Positions 51,224 through 63,260 of a DNA stretch of 64,000 nucleotides are shown here, piece after piece. The translations under genes were made by a program, and so were the position numbers. Under the pieces are notes generated by a model that saw only the letters and a program-made list of their open reading frames with translations, was not told the DNA's origin and searched no databases. Location: positions 2,294,001 through 2,358,000 of the forward strand of contig JBLDXI010000002.1 of NCBI GenBank assembly GCA_047495785.1, read 5' to 3'. This DNA is from Lepidodermella squamata (lineage: Eukaryota > Animalia > Gastrotricha). Each line of letters opens with the position of its first letter. Positions within the stretch are counted from its first letter, which is position 1.

Positions 51224-52338
51224 CTAATTATCAGTGGTTTCGCTCTGCAAGTCAATATCGCCAGCTCTGCTCGGCGGCTCGCCCATTCGACTTTCCGCCT
51301 CCTCCTTAATTTGGACATCGTCTCTAGTCGGCGGCGTCATTGAGAAACCGCATTTCAGACATTTGACAGGCTGGTGGCGACTGAAGGCTTTCACGAGACA
51401 CCACAGGCACGTAGTTTGGCGGATACAACAGGGCAAAAGAACGGTCGAAGTGTTAACAGTTTCTTTTCCGCACACGCCGCAAATCACCATCATCGGACCA
51501 TTTAGTGGGACATCAAGATTCTAGAAGAAAAAACGATAAAATAAAGCCGCAACCAATCAGAACTCATACCTTTTTCACCGATAAACCTGGCTGAGTAGTT
51601 TTCTTAATTTTCGGCAATCGCTGGAAAAAAAGAAAAAATATTTAAGAATCACGAAAGTGCTGAAAACTCGTACAAGTTGTTTTTTCCCTGCGCGTTTGTC
51701 GATTTCTTCACTTGGAACACTGGATTCGGCCTCGTCTTCATCTGTCACTTGATCCTCTTCGTCTTCTTCCTGGGTGTCGCTCTGAGCCACAGAAGATACT
51801 GCTTGGTCCGGTTCCTGAAACATACAAGCTAAAAATGGCCACAATTCCGGTTTAACATTTTTTACCTTTCGAGCCCTACCGCGCCTTGTCACCCTCGCAC
51901 TCGTACCCGGCTGCTCCACGGTATTGTTTACCGACTCGAAAAAGTTCTGAAAAAATCGGTAAATATAAGAAATAAAACAAAAATAAATATTACTGAATAG
52001 CTTTCAGGTAATTGAATTTCGCTAGCGCCAGAACTTGAGGCGGAATCTGCTTCGTCTGCCGGGGCCTGTGGTGCCTTTCGTTTTGGTGCTGCTCGCTTCG
52101 ATGGGCCAGGTTTTGGCGGAGGTATTGAGACCGTCGATTCCTCCCCGTCCGCCACGTGATTCAGGCCTTGTTTCAGCAAAGTAACGTAGAGATCGTCGCT
52201 TACGCCATTCGGGTGAATTAAAGTGACCGCATTGCACGATGCCTTTTTCGTTTTCGTGCCGACCAGGTGCGATTTGAACATTCGATAGTTGACATTTAGC
52301 GAACACAACGAACACCAAACATTTTGCCGAGTGGTCAT
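51224..52338 (-). CDS. Array member G3: C2HC finger, acidic linker, PCC RING-like domain
   Basis: CSLC-x11-H-x10-C-x6-HPNG; CGVC-x13-CC-x5-CLWC-x12-CLKC. Confidence 0.75.
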
Positions 52339-52654
52339 TTTTCAGCTATAAGCGTGTGTCGATGATTTTATGTTGGTGGATGAAAAAATACACTGAACTG
52401 ATGGGCTTATTGCTGATAAAAAGTCGTCGTCATAAAATCAGTAAGCAATAAAATCAGCTCGCCGCCCCCTAATAAAAGTTGTTTACGTCGTTTACGAACG
52501 GAGCGACCGGCCAATCTGGGTCACCTCGTCGCAATTTAATAATTAAGAGGGAACGCAAAGGAAAAGGCATAAATTGTATAACGTCTCCAACATTTTATTT
52601 TGATGAAACGAAACAAGAAACATTTAATTGGCTGCTCGCCAAAAAATAACTTCA

Positions 52655-53702
52655 TCAGGAAGAAGGCGAGCCAAAAATAATTCTCGCTGCAAAGCCCTTG
52701 ATTGCCGAAAGCACACGGCTAGCAAACGACTGTCTCTAAAATAAATGAAAAAATAAAAATCGAAAATTAAGAAAAAAATCGCGTTCATACGTAATAACCG
52801 ACGGGCACCACTGCCGTGTTTTCGGGAATTTCATCGCTTGCCTCACTTGGCGCTTCGTCAGAAGGTTCTGAGGTAGAGATTGGCTCGGGAGTCGGCGGGA
52901 TTTCGTCCCTATCACTCGCCTCTCTCTGTTCCCTAATCTCCTCGAAAAATTTCTTCGACGACAAATCTTCTGGCCTGGCTTCAGGTTCAGCGAATTCGCC
53001 GTTTTCAGCTTGCATAAATTCCGAGGTTTCAGCTCGATTTATTTCCTAGAAAATCGGGATTTTAATAAATATCGCAGCAAAAATTAAGGTGGTTTTTACC
53101 TCTTCCAAAGTATTTTTCGACGTTCTCTTCAAGGCGCGATACGGTCGGCGATTAGGCACAACAGCTTTATTAATCAACATCTCAGCGTACCTGACAGTGG
53201 CCACTTTTTCGCCGATTTCCTCGAAAAAGGTATCGAGGGCCATGTCGTCAGATTGGGCTGCTGTGGCTTCGCTATTTTCAGCTCTTGCTTCAGCTTCTTG
53301 CTCCGCAAGTCGGAGTTTATCCTGAGAAAAAACTGATTTTTTCAGATTTTATTTAAAAATAATTTAATTTACCTGCTCACGCTTATGAATCACCAAACTT
53401 CGTTCTTCCGCGATGGGCAATGACCTGCTTTTCCGGTGATTTCTCGGCTTCGAAATCGCCTTTCGAATAGCCATCTCCGCGCTTTTCACATTCGCCGACT
53501 TATCACGCGATTGTCTCAATATATCCTTATATTCCTCGATAGCCAGCCCATCCGGGTGAAGTTTTCTCGCCTCGGCACAGGTGGGTCGCTTTTTCCCGAA
53601 GCCAATCAGGTGGCTCTTGAAGTTTTTACTTACAACTGTTTTCTGGCAGAACGGGCAGCGATGAGGCGGAGAGTAGTCCGACGTAGGAAGTGGCGTTGAC
53701 AT
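52655..53702 (-). CDS. Array member G4: C2HC finger, apparently without the RING-like domain
   Basis: CPFC-x11-H-x10-C-x6-HPDG; exons at ~53100-53320 and ~52795-53045; no Cys-rich exon found before G3; 3' end approximate. Confidence 0.65.
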
Positions 53703-54092
53703 GACTAATAAATCGGAGCAAAACTAAAGCACTATACTAATTTTGTCAAATTGCTGTATAGCTGCTGTATCCACTATAATGTTATCAATAAATCACTGGA
53801 AGGCGTGCGCGGCGTGGCTCGTCATTATGAAAAAACGGTCATCGAAATCACTGTCATAAAAGTCACTACAGAACGCGATAATATTTCGACAAAAAACTGA
53901 TAATATTTGGCAATCGATCAGCTCTATAAAATCGACCTTAAAACTTCTGTAAAATAGCAACAAAATAAATGAAAATTAAAACGGAAAAGCACAGAAAAAC
54001 AAAAAGCAGTGATTTGTTCGAGGAATTTTATTGAAAGTCTATTAACACAGCCGACAGATCTCTTTCATAATTGTCTACATATTACTGTCACA

Positions 54093-55357
54093 TCATGGAG
54101 TAGTTGCATCAATGGCGACCAAACCCGTTCGGCAATTGAAACATTTTATCGCCTGGTTGCCTTTCGCCAATCGGGTGATACACCAGAAACAAGTCGGCTG
54201 CCGGTGACAGCAAGGCAGCAACAGCGTCGAACTTGAAACAACATCGCGCGAGCAGATGGCACACCGTTCTATCGATACCGTCATTGATATCGTTCGTTTA
54301 TTGCTCGACGGTAACACTGGAGACTGCAACCCGGCCTCTTTAGGCAGCTCTGACCCATACACAGCACTCTTTTAATGAAAAAATAATAATTAAAAAAATA
54401 AACACAAAAAAATAAATACTTACTAATTTTGAAGAAATGGATTTTTCTTGAGTAATCTCTGTCTCATTTTTCTCGGCTGATGAAATGTCCTTCGAAAACT
54501 GCGAAGAGAAATAAATAAATTATTCAATTTTTAATATAAAAATTACCGGGCCATAGTCGTTTGGCGCCGCTGATTCGTTATCTTCTTGCTCAATATCAGT
54601 CGGAATTTGCGGTACATGATTGATTGCATCGAGCGATGAGTCAGCAATTTCGATAGCATCGACGTCCGATCGCAGCGAATCGAAGAACGATTGCGACGAA
54701 GATGACGCAGCCGGCTTTTCAGTTACCCGCTTTTCCTCCTCACTCGCGAGCAGCGCAAGCATTCTGTCGTCGAATGACGTGTCATCGGCTGCTTCGATTC
54801 CTCCGCCGCTTCGACTGATACCAGCAACTACCGATTTTCCGCGTTGAAAACGAACTTTTCTTGGGCTGGTTTTATCGGACGATGAAGGTTGCTGATTTTT
54901 CAGGTTAGTCATGGTATTTTCTATCACCAAATTAGCGTAGTTTACATTGACGGTTTTCTCTCCCAGTTCTTGAAGCATCGCAGTGGAATCGTTGTTCGAT
55001 GATGATCGAGTCGCGCGAGAGTTCTTTAAAAAATAAATTATCAAAAATATCGATGTAAAATTGAACTAATTTTACTTTGGGTTTATTTGAAGAGCCCTTC
55101 AGCTTCGAAATTGTGTTCGAAATGACTTTCTCTACGGTCTCAATTTTAGCAGCTTTCTGCTGCTTACCGGAATTTTTCAGGATCGATTTGTATTCTTCGA
55201 GAGACATACCGTCGGTATATTGCTCTCTTACCAGCGCGCAAATTGGGGGCTTGCCGCCCATCCCGATCAGGTGATTTTTGAAACTTTTACTAAGGATCGA
55301 TTTTTCGCAAAACGGACATCGATGAGCTTTCAGTTGAGGACGGCTAGCTGTTGACAT
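54093..55357 (-). CDS. Array member G5: C2HC finger and PCC RING-like domain
   Basis: CPFC-x11-H-x10-C-x6-YTDG; CAIC-x13-CC-x5-CFWC-x12-CFNC. Confidence 0.75.
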
Positions 55358-55552
55358 TCTTCGATAAAACCTAATGCAGAAGTCAGCAATAAAATGCGAT
55401 GTGACTAGAAGACAGTCATAAAAACGACAGCAGCAAAAAATCGACTTTTTATTACTATGTCGAAGTCATTATAACATCACTCCAATTACTATACTAGGCT
55501 TATATTATTCGATTCAAACGAAAATTCAAACATTTTATAAGGGTTTTTCATG

Positions 55553-56603
55553 TTATACAGGTGCGTTTAGTCGGACAAGGCCGGTGCGGCAGTTGAGGCA
55601 GCTCACCGGCTGATTGCTGCGGGCTAAATCGGTGATGCACCAAAAACACGTCGGCTGGCGATGGCAGCACGGCAGAAGAAGGGCTGACGTTGAAATGACA
55701 TCACGAGAACACAGGGCACATCTTTCGATTGTTATCACCATTGTACGTTTGCTCGAAACTGGAGCTTCGCATTTGACTTGCTGGCTCAAATTACAAACCG
55801 TATACTTGAATTAAAAATAATTAAAAATAATTAAGGCGGATAATTCGAATTTACGGAATAATTTTTTCGCGCAAGATCAAGCGGGGCGGAATTTTGCTGG
55901 TCAAGACTTTCAGCACCTGTCGAAATTTGGGACGATGATGCTGACATTGACATGGCACTAGACAACCGTTGAGCTGTATTCACATAGCCGTCGCTCGAAA
56001 TATTATCCACTAATTTCTGGCGAGCTATAGTTAACCGCACTCTCTCCTTCAAAATAAGTTTGATATAATAGGAAACAAGATTTGGGGCTTTTCATACCTT
56101 GTTGATTTTTTCCAAAATCGTCATAGCGCGGTAAGGCCGGCGGCTTTTTCGCTTTGATTTTCCCATGAATAGGCCAGTATATTTCGCAGGCGTTGGTTTC
56201 TCCTCTGGCATTTGAGGGCTTGATTTTTCCGGCAAAATCTTGTCTTCTTCGCAATCAGTAGCGCCATTTGAAGCCATTTCCTCATCCTAGGTATATCGAT
56301 TGGAATAAATATTCGCAAAAAGACAAAAATAATCACTTGATCAATAATTGCCGAAGTTTCCGCTAAATCGTCGGCCGCAGAATTTTTGGGGATTGGAATT
56401 TGCTCACCAGTGTAATTTAGCATTGCCCGATAATCTTCAAGAGGCAAGCCGTTTGGGTATAGCTTTTTAACCTCAGGGCAAGTTGGTCGCTTCTTCCCGA
56501 AACCGATTAGATGGCGTTTAAAATTCTTACTGACAATTGTCTTCGGGCAAAACGGGCAGTGATGCATGGTGGTACGAGCTGGCGACGAACGCGTATTAGA
56601 CAT
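55553..56603 (-). CDS. Array member G6: C2HC finger and PCC RING-like domain
   Basis: CPFC-x11-H-x10-C-x6-YPNG; CALC-x13-CC-x5-CFWC-x12-CLNC. Confidence 0.75.
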
Positions 56604-56850
56604 GGTGCTGTTGTTTAGCCAAAAAATCAGTATGAATTGATGTGTTTTATTCTCAATAAAAAGCTCGTTAGTTACGATAATATTGATGGTGACGAACGCG
56701 TGCTAGCAATTCACTCACTGGCTCGCAATCTTTCAATCGTTTTTGTCAGACACGTGCGAGTCTTTGAAGGGTTGTGTTTAAATTAAACTCGGAAAAATGA
56801 TAAAAAAAATTGCGAAATCCACCAGCTTCGAAAAATAAAAATTCGACATC

Positions 56851-56922
56851 TAGCAGAGCGTAGTTTCGATCTACAGACCTCTGGGTTATGGGCCCAGCGC
56901 GCTTCCACTGCGCCACTCTGCT
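56851..56922 (-). tRNA. tRNA-iMet: Initiator tRNA-Met (anticodon CAT)
   Basis: AGCAGAGTGGCGCAGTGGAAGCGCGCTGGGCCCATAACCCAGAGGTCTGTAGATCGAAACTACGCTCTGCTA: A1:U72 pair, three G:C pairs in the anticodon stem, ATCG T-loop characteristic of eukaryotic initiator tRNA, downstream T-run terminator. Confidence 0.97.
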
Positions 56923-56998
56923 TGTCCGAAAATTCACCGATTGAATTGCCAAAAAACACCAATTATTCAATTATTAAGGTGGATTAGGTATTGAAATT

Positions 56999-57620
56999 TT
57001 ATTCCTCAAAAGCGTGTTTACAGTTCCAACATTTCAAAGGCTTGTTCGCCTCTCGAACACACCAGAAGCATGTACGTTGAAGGTAGCAACAAGGTAGAAA
57101 TAGCATCGAAAATGTCGGCCTTGGTTCCCCACACAGCTCGCAAATGGCTGTTTGACATCGCCTCTAAAATGTAAAATTTAGCTATTTCATTGTTTAAGGT
57201 GAGTCTCACTTTTTTCGAACGAGTTGACCTGGGCATTGTCTCAGGAGAAATTTCCGAAGCGATTGAGCATGCAGGGGAGATTGGTTCGCATTTCATCATC
57301 GCATCATCGGAGGTCATAATCGTTTCTTCGGCCTTGATTACCACGTCAGCCTGGTGACTACTGCATTCATGCGATAGTTTGAATGACTGCCGCGAATGAT
57401 TTGATGAAGGCCGCCGAACGGGCACCTTGGCGCTGGCTCGAGACAAAATCTCCTTGTATTCGAGAATCGTCATGCCATTCGGGTAGGCGCTTTTCACACC
57501 TGAACAGTACGGCCCGTAGCCGTTGTAACTCATCAGGTGCTGCTTGAAATTACCGACATAGACGAGCTCGTTGCAAATCTCGCACGGGAGTTTTCGTACA
57601 TTCGCTTTACTACTGGCCAT
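56999..57620 (-). CDS. Array member G7: C2HC finger and PCC RING-like domain
   Basis: CEIC-x11-H-x10-C-x6-YPNG; after a short intron, hand-translated CELC-x13-CC-x5-CFWC-x9-CWNC, stop at 56999. Confidence 0.75.
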
Positions 57621-57929
57621 CGTCACTATTGGATCAGGCAACTAACTTTGCTGTTGATTTTCAGCTGACTGCTGATGCTTTAAGGGTCACATCTTTGAGA
57701 TCTGCCTCAGGCCGGATGCAAAACAGCTGATGCAACTATAAGTTATGGATTTTAGGAGCTAAAATTGTTTTCTCGAAAAAATTAACAAAAAATGCATATA
57801 ATCGATATTTATTGGACTCTCACTCGAAATATTTTCAATAAATCTCTAACAACTGAACGTCATTTCGATGCAGGCGTTGAAGCCCAATTAGCAATTTGAC
57901 TTTTATTTGGAGGAGGTACCAGAGAAAAA

Positions 57930-58759
57930 TTACCTGAAATAAAAATCGAGAGGATAAATTGCAAAAAAAATAATTAAGGTGGACAAACATCGCTGGCAGG
58001 ACATTGGTTTGTCGCCTTTGCTAGCAGCGGCCACGCACCAGAAACACGTTCGTTGTTTGTAGCAGCATGGCAGGCGAAGCGTGACCAAAGTTGCGACCAT
58101 TTGCCCACATAAATCGCAGGGTGCTGATTGTGCGGATTCTGAGTCATCGATCGTGTGCTGAAAAAAAATTGATTTTTTGCAATTTTCAGATGCAGTGTGC
58201 AAAATTTGCAAACCTGAGACCGGGATGAAAAATCGATTGGACTCGATTCCGCTGTATTCTCCTTGAAATTTAAAAAAAATTAAAAAAATTAACGATTTTG
58301 ATGACCTTCTTACTTGTACCGGTTTGATGACACTGACGTGGCTACTGCTTGGAGTTGACGGTTGAGGAGATGAGTTATAATGCTGAAAATATTAAAAAAA
58401 TATCAAATAAGTTAATCACGCTGAAAACTCACCTCAAAAGAGGGCGACGGGAAAACAGTTGAAATTTCAAATTCATTGCTGGAAAATTTCTGATCGAAAT
58501 TCAACGGTGCGTGACTTCGCAATCTCGCCCCTCGTCTCGCTGTTGGGACACGTCGGCTAGCCGATGACAAGATAGTTTTGTACTCCTCGAGCGACACGCC
58601 ACCAGGGTAGCGATCCTTCAAACCAGTGCAATAAGGGCCGTAGCCTTTGTAGCCCATGATGTGCTGCTTAAAATTGCCGACGAAAATTTCCTTGCGGCAA
58701 AATTCGCAGCCTAGAACTCGTCTGGGCTTTGAATTTCCCGGCTTTCTCTCGTCATCCAT
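57930..58759 (-). CDS. Array member G8: C2HC finger and PCC RING-like domain
   Basis: CEFC-x11-H-x10-C-x6-YPGG; CDLC-x13-CC-x5-CFWC-x12-CQRC; 3' end approximate. Confidence 0.72.
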
Positions 58760-59255
58760 GTTTTGAAATACACTCAAACCTATGGCGAGAAAATGTCTCA
58801 CAATATCATGTATATTTTCGGTCGATAAAAAAATGACTCAAGCGCTGGGGTGGTTGTACTAGTTAAGTATTGTAGTTTGATTATAAAAAAAGCGTAAAAT
58901 GCAGGCGGCCTAACAAACGACAGGCCGAGTACACCACGACACATCTCGTTGTTTAATGTTGAAATAAAAAAATTGCCGATCTAAAATAATAAAGCCTTTT
59001 TTTACCAGAGCGTGGCGGCGATGAATAAAAAAACAAAAAATAAATAAAAAAGCGCGGATTTTTTGCTTTCTCTAGTGCTCTCCGCGTAAAACCTGTGAAA
59101 AATAACACGCATGGATTCGTGCGTTTTTTTCATGAATTTCATCTGTTGAACTAGATTTTTTTCTTCTGAACAACGCCGAGAAAAAATATTGTAAATTAAT
59201 TGTGCAATTTTTTATTTTTCACTTCATTCACTAATTCAGTTGTGAGAATGTTCAG

Positions 59256-60248
59256 TTAGTTGCTTGTGAGAGGTACTAAACCAGTGCGGCAGTTCAAACA
59301 GCTGACGGGTTGATTGTCCCGAGCTAAGCTTGTGATGCACCAAAAACAGGTCGGCTGTCGTTGACAGCAAGGCAGTAACAAAGTAGAGGTCGACGCCACA
59401 TCCCGAGAGCAAAGGGCACAGCGTTCGAGATCGATAACCATCGTACGTTTGCGAGGAACAGGCGCCAATTCGTCGCCATCGGAATTCTCATCTTGCTCAA
59501 CAGACTGTGAAATAAATCAGGCTTAAAAAAGAGACATGAAAAAATGAATTGACGAACACTTTCCGAAATATTTATTATGTCCTGTTTTGATGCTCGTGAG
59601 ATTCTAGCCTTCGGGGGCCGAGATTTAGGCGAAGCTCCAACCATTTGTCGAGAATTAACTCGCTTTGGCGGTCGACCAAGTTTCGCCTTGGGTTTCTCTT
59701 GCACCTAAAATCGAACAAAAATAGTTAAATAATTGAATTAAAAAATAAGTATTATTTAAATAAAAATAGCAACATTTATGGAGAAAATTCCATAAAATCA
59801 CCATATCAGACGGCTGCAATTCTTCTTTTTTCACAGCGGTAACAAACTGAACATTACAACATACTTCGCTCGATTTAAACTTTTCCTCAATACGCTGGCC
59901 CGCCGTTTTCTCGCTGTTCGGAAAATCAGCTTTGTCGAAGTCTTCCAGAAAAGCCGTGACATTAAAGCCAGCAGAAGAGCCCCGGCGATTGGTGATGCTG
60001 TTAACTGAGCTGCCAGACAGCGATGGCTTCGAAAGTCGGCGAGATGATGTGCTGTCGTGCATGTCCAGCCGAAGGGCATTGGCTTCGATTTCTTTGTAAA
60101 GTGTTGAGTTCACACCGTCAGGGTAGACGGCGGACACGCCAGGACAGCTATCTTCCGGCCCACGGATATGCTGACGAAATTTTTCATTGCCGTCAATTAC
60201 CCTCGGGCAAAATGGGCATTTCCGAGATAATTTCATCGGAGCCATCAT
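59256..60248 (-). CDS. Array member G9: variant C2HC finger and PCC RING-like domain
   Basis: CPFC-x12-H-x7-C-x6-YPDG; CALC-x13-CC-x5-CFWC-x12-CLNC. Confidence 0.75.
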
Positions 60249-60574
60249 TCGAAAATTTTTGAAAAAGGCCAAGTCTGTGTAACATGTAAACAGTAGCGAA
60301 CGTTTGAAACGCAACAACTAATCTGGGAATAACCCCACCTGCTGCTTGATGCCGTAATCACAGCTTATCTAGAACGCCGACGCCTTTGAGCTAATATTTT
60401 AATCCGTTTCATATGTTACACACAAATACACCAACGGCGATATGCAGTTTTTATTATCGGATAAATGATACTTTCACATTTTTTGATTTAAGCGAAGCAG
60501 GTATATAACAAAACTAGAAATTCATTTCGGTTATTTCCCAACATTCAGGTTTTTAAGGTGGATTTTTTTCGATT

Positions 60575-62163
60575 TTAACCGCCTTTGCGCTTCGTGCTTT
60601 TTGGCTCTTTGTCGTTGACCGGCGCGTCGTCTTTGGGCGGCGGCGAGAGGCCAAAGCCACACGCCTTGCACTTGATGTGATCGTTGCGTCGGCAGGCGCT
60701 AACAATGCACCACAAACACGTCCGCTGGTTGTAGCAGCACGGTAGAAAGCAGGTCGCATGCGACGAAATTTCCTTTGCGCACAAGCCGCACTCGACCATC
60801 TCAGCTTTGCCGGCGGGCTCGGGGAACTTGGTTTTACGCTTTTTCCCTTTGTTCGACTCTGGCTGAAAAACCGATTCGTCTTCTTGCAGCTGGTTCGCAT
60901 CGCCACTGAAAATCGACGATGCAGGTTCGGAGCTGGCAGGAACTGGGGTAGGCGGGGCTTGTTTTCGTTTATTGTTCTTCTTTTGAGCTGGAGGCTGTTT
61001 CGTCTTAGGCGCGGGAGTATCCTTCGCTTGATTCTTTCTCGTCTTTTCGGCTTCGGGAGATGCATCGGGGAGCGGACCGGGAAAACGGAGATTCTAAAAA
61101 TAAATAAATAAAATAAATATTAATGAAATATGAAAAAAATTAATTATCAATATTTTTTAATTAAATTTTGATTCATTTTTTCGATTTAGCTCACCTGTTT
61201 CACCGGCGAATTTCCGCTCGCTCGTTTATTTCTCGGAGGTTCCACATCTTCGAATGCAGCCTCGCTCTGTGAAGTCGCCTGATTATTATCCGGCTGACCC
61301 GTCAACTCGCGCCAATTGTTAAAAATATTCGAAACGCTGTCGCTGAAATCAACACCATCATAATCATTTTGGCGGCGACTAGCTTTTTGCTCCTTCTTCT
61401 TGGCTTTCGGTTCAGCGACATGTGCAGCCTCGTCGTCGCTTGAAGAAAAGAACGAGTAGTTGTTCTTCAGGCGAGAGACGCTAACTTTCGGCGTGGTCGT
61501 GGGTTCGTTAGAGCGATCGGGTAATTTCTTTGGAGTCGAAATTAAAGCAGGTTTTGCAGCTGGCGTGGTCTTCATCGGAGCAGCGGAAGGCGTGGGGACA
61601 GATGAAGAAGGCTGATTCGATTTCACCATCAAGCTCTTAATTGGCTGCGGAATCTGAATAAAAATAAAAATCAGAAATAAAATCAAGAAAAATGAATAAT
61701 TACTTTTTGGCTTTGCTCGGGTGGCTTGGCTGAAATCGCTGGTAATGCGGAAGCAGAAAACGCCATAATGACTGCCTTTGACATTTGAAACTACAGAGCA
61801 AAAAATTCGAATAAATTTTGTAATTTTTAATTAACAATTGCCAACCGGATAAGTGCCATCTTTAACTTGCTCCAAGGTGATTTTGTCCTCAAGTCGCGAG
61901 TCCTTGTAAACTTGCCGGTAAACTGAAGGCGGAAGGCCATTTGGATAGGCTAATTTCATCTTCTGACAAACAGACGGAAGATCGTACCCGACATTAATGT
62001 GAGCGTTAAAATTCTTAGCGAACATGACCTGGAAAGCAAATAAAATTACATTAAAATTTTGAATTTTTCCAACAGCCATACTCACCTTGTAGCACTTTGG
62101 GCAGCGCATTAGAGGACCCGTATTCGAAACGGAAGCGTTCGAAGAAACCACAGAGTCAGCCAT
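60575..62163 (-). CDS. Array member G10: intron-split C2HC finger, long K/E/P-rich linker, PCC RING-like domain
   Basis: CPKCYK|VMFAKNFNAH-x10-C-x6-YPNG; CGLC-x13-CC-x5-CLWC-x12-CKAC; 3' end approximate. Confidence 0.72.
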
Positions 62164-62330
62164 GATCGCACGGCAAAAGAAAATGACTAATTCGTTCCTA
62201 GAGTTAAGTCAACAATGATTATTTTTTATTGATCAATGCGATGTTTTTTGCGTAAAAAATCGCGATGAATGGGCAGTGCTATACGGCGGCAAGAATTTTT
62301 TCAACATTCAGACTTTTTCGCCGATATGAT

Positions 62331-62506
62331 CGTCGTTGGATAACTTGAATTTGGGATTGTTTACTTCAGTTTTAAGGCGACAGGTGACGAATGAAAATTA
62401 AGCTGTTTTGCCTATAAAAATTCACGAAAAAACCGCCTTATTTCTATTGTCACCTATCATCTTGAAACTGTCGTAAGCCAGCAAAAACCAGAGTTATTCA
62501 ACGACG
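62331..62506. repeat. Imperfect palindrome (~176 bp), small MITE or hairpin
   Basis: CGTCGTTGGATAACT / AGTTATTCAACGACG (14/15) and inner arms CAGTTTTAAGGCGACAGGTGAC / GTCACCTATCATCTTGAAACTG (18/22). Confidence 0.6.
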
Positions 62507-63260
62507 GCAGCGTTATATTTAAAAGAAATGCCGAAGAAGAGCTAAAGTCGCAGCTCATTTGCTGATTAAAAATAAAATAAAATATGAAGTAAAATAACGG
62601 CAAAAATAAATAAAAATTCCACCTTAAAATATGGCCTGCAATGTGTTAACTTAGCACAGCATTTTAACAACGCATCTAAGAAGGCAAGAAGCTAAGCTTT
62701 TTTTAGTATGATGCGATAATATTACCACCTCTTTGTTAGCAATAAAATCGAAAAGTGACGGGGCAATAAAATCGGCTGGTAAAAGACGCTATGTGACCTA
62801 ATAAAGCCGCGAAAACTGCACGACTTCGTCCACCACTGCCAAGGGTCTTTTCCAATAGCAAAAGCAAGCATGCTATCGTCGCATATCAATGAAATGAAAG
62901 ATGATGTATGATTTGTTCTAGATCGCAAGTCGAAATTTGGAGACATTTTGTGGCAAAAAATGGCCGGAAATCACCCAACGGGTAAGTCGGCCCTGCTAGA
63001 ATTTCAGTCAGCCTTGCAAAATTTTTAACTAGGTGACTTTGAAATCCTAAACTCGAAAAAACTGGGACCTTGTTCCGAGGTGAGATTATTCGTGGCTAAT
63101 TCTATTTATTCACCCCATTTTTTCGCTTTTTTTACAGCGTAACTCGCCGATTTTTCGTCCGATTATTGTAAAACTGGAACAAGTAACCACCGCGCGCAAC
63201 GTTAGTTTTTATATCTGATGTAAAATTGTGGTATAAACCAAACGACTAGGAGTCAACTAG

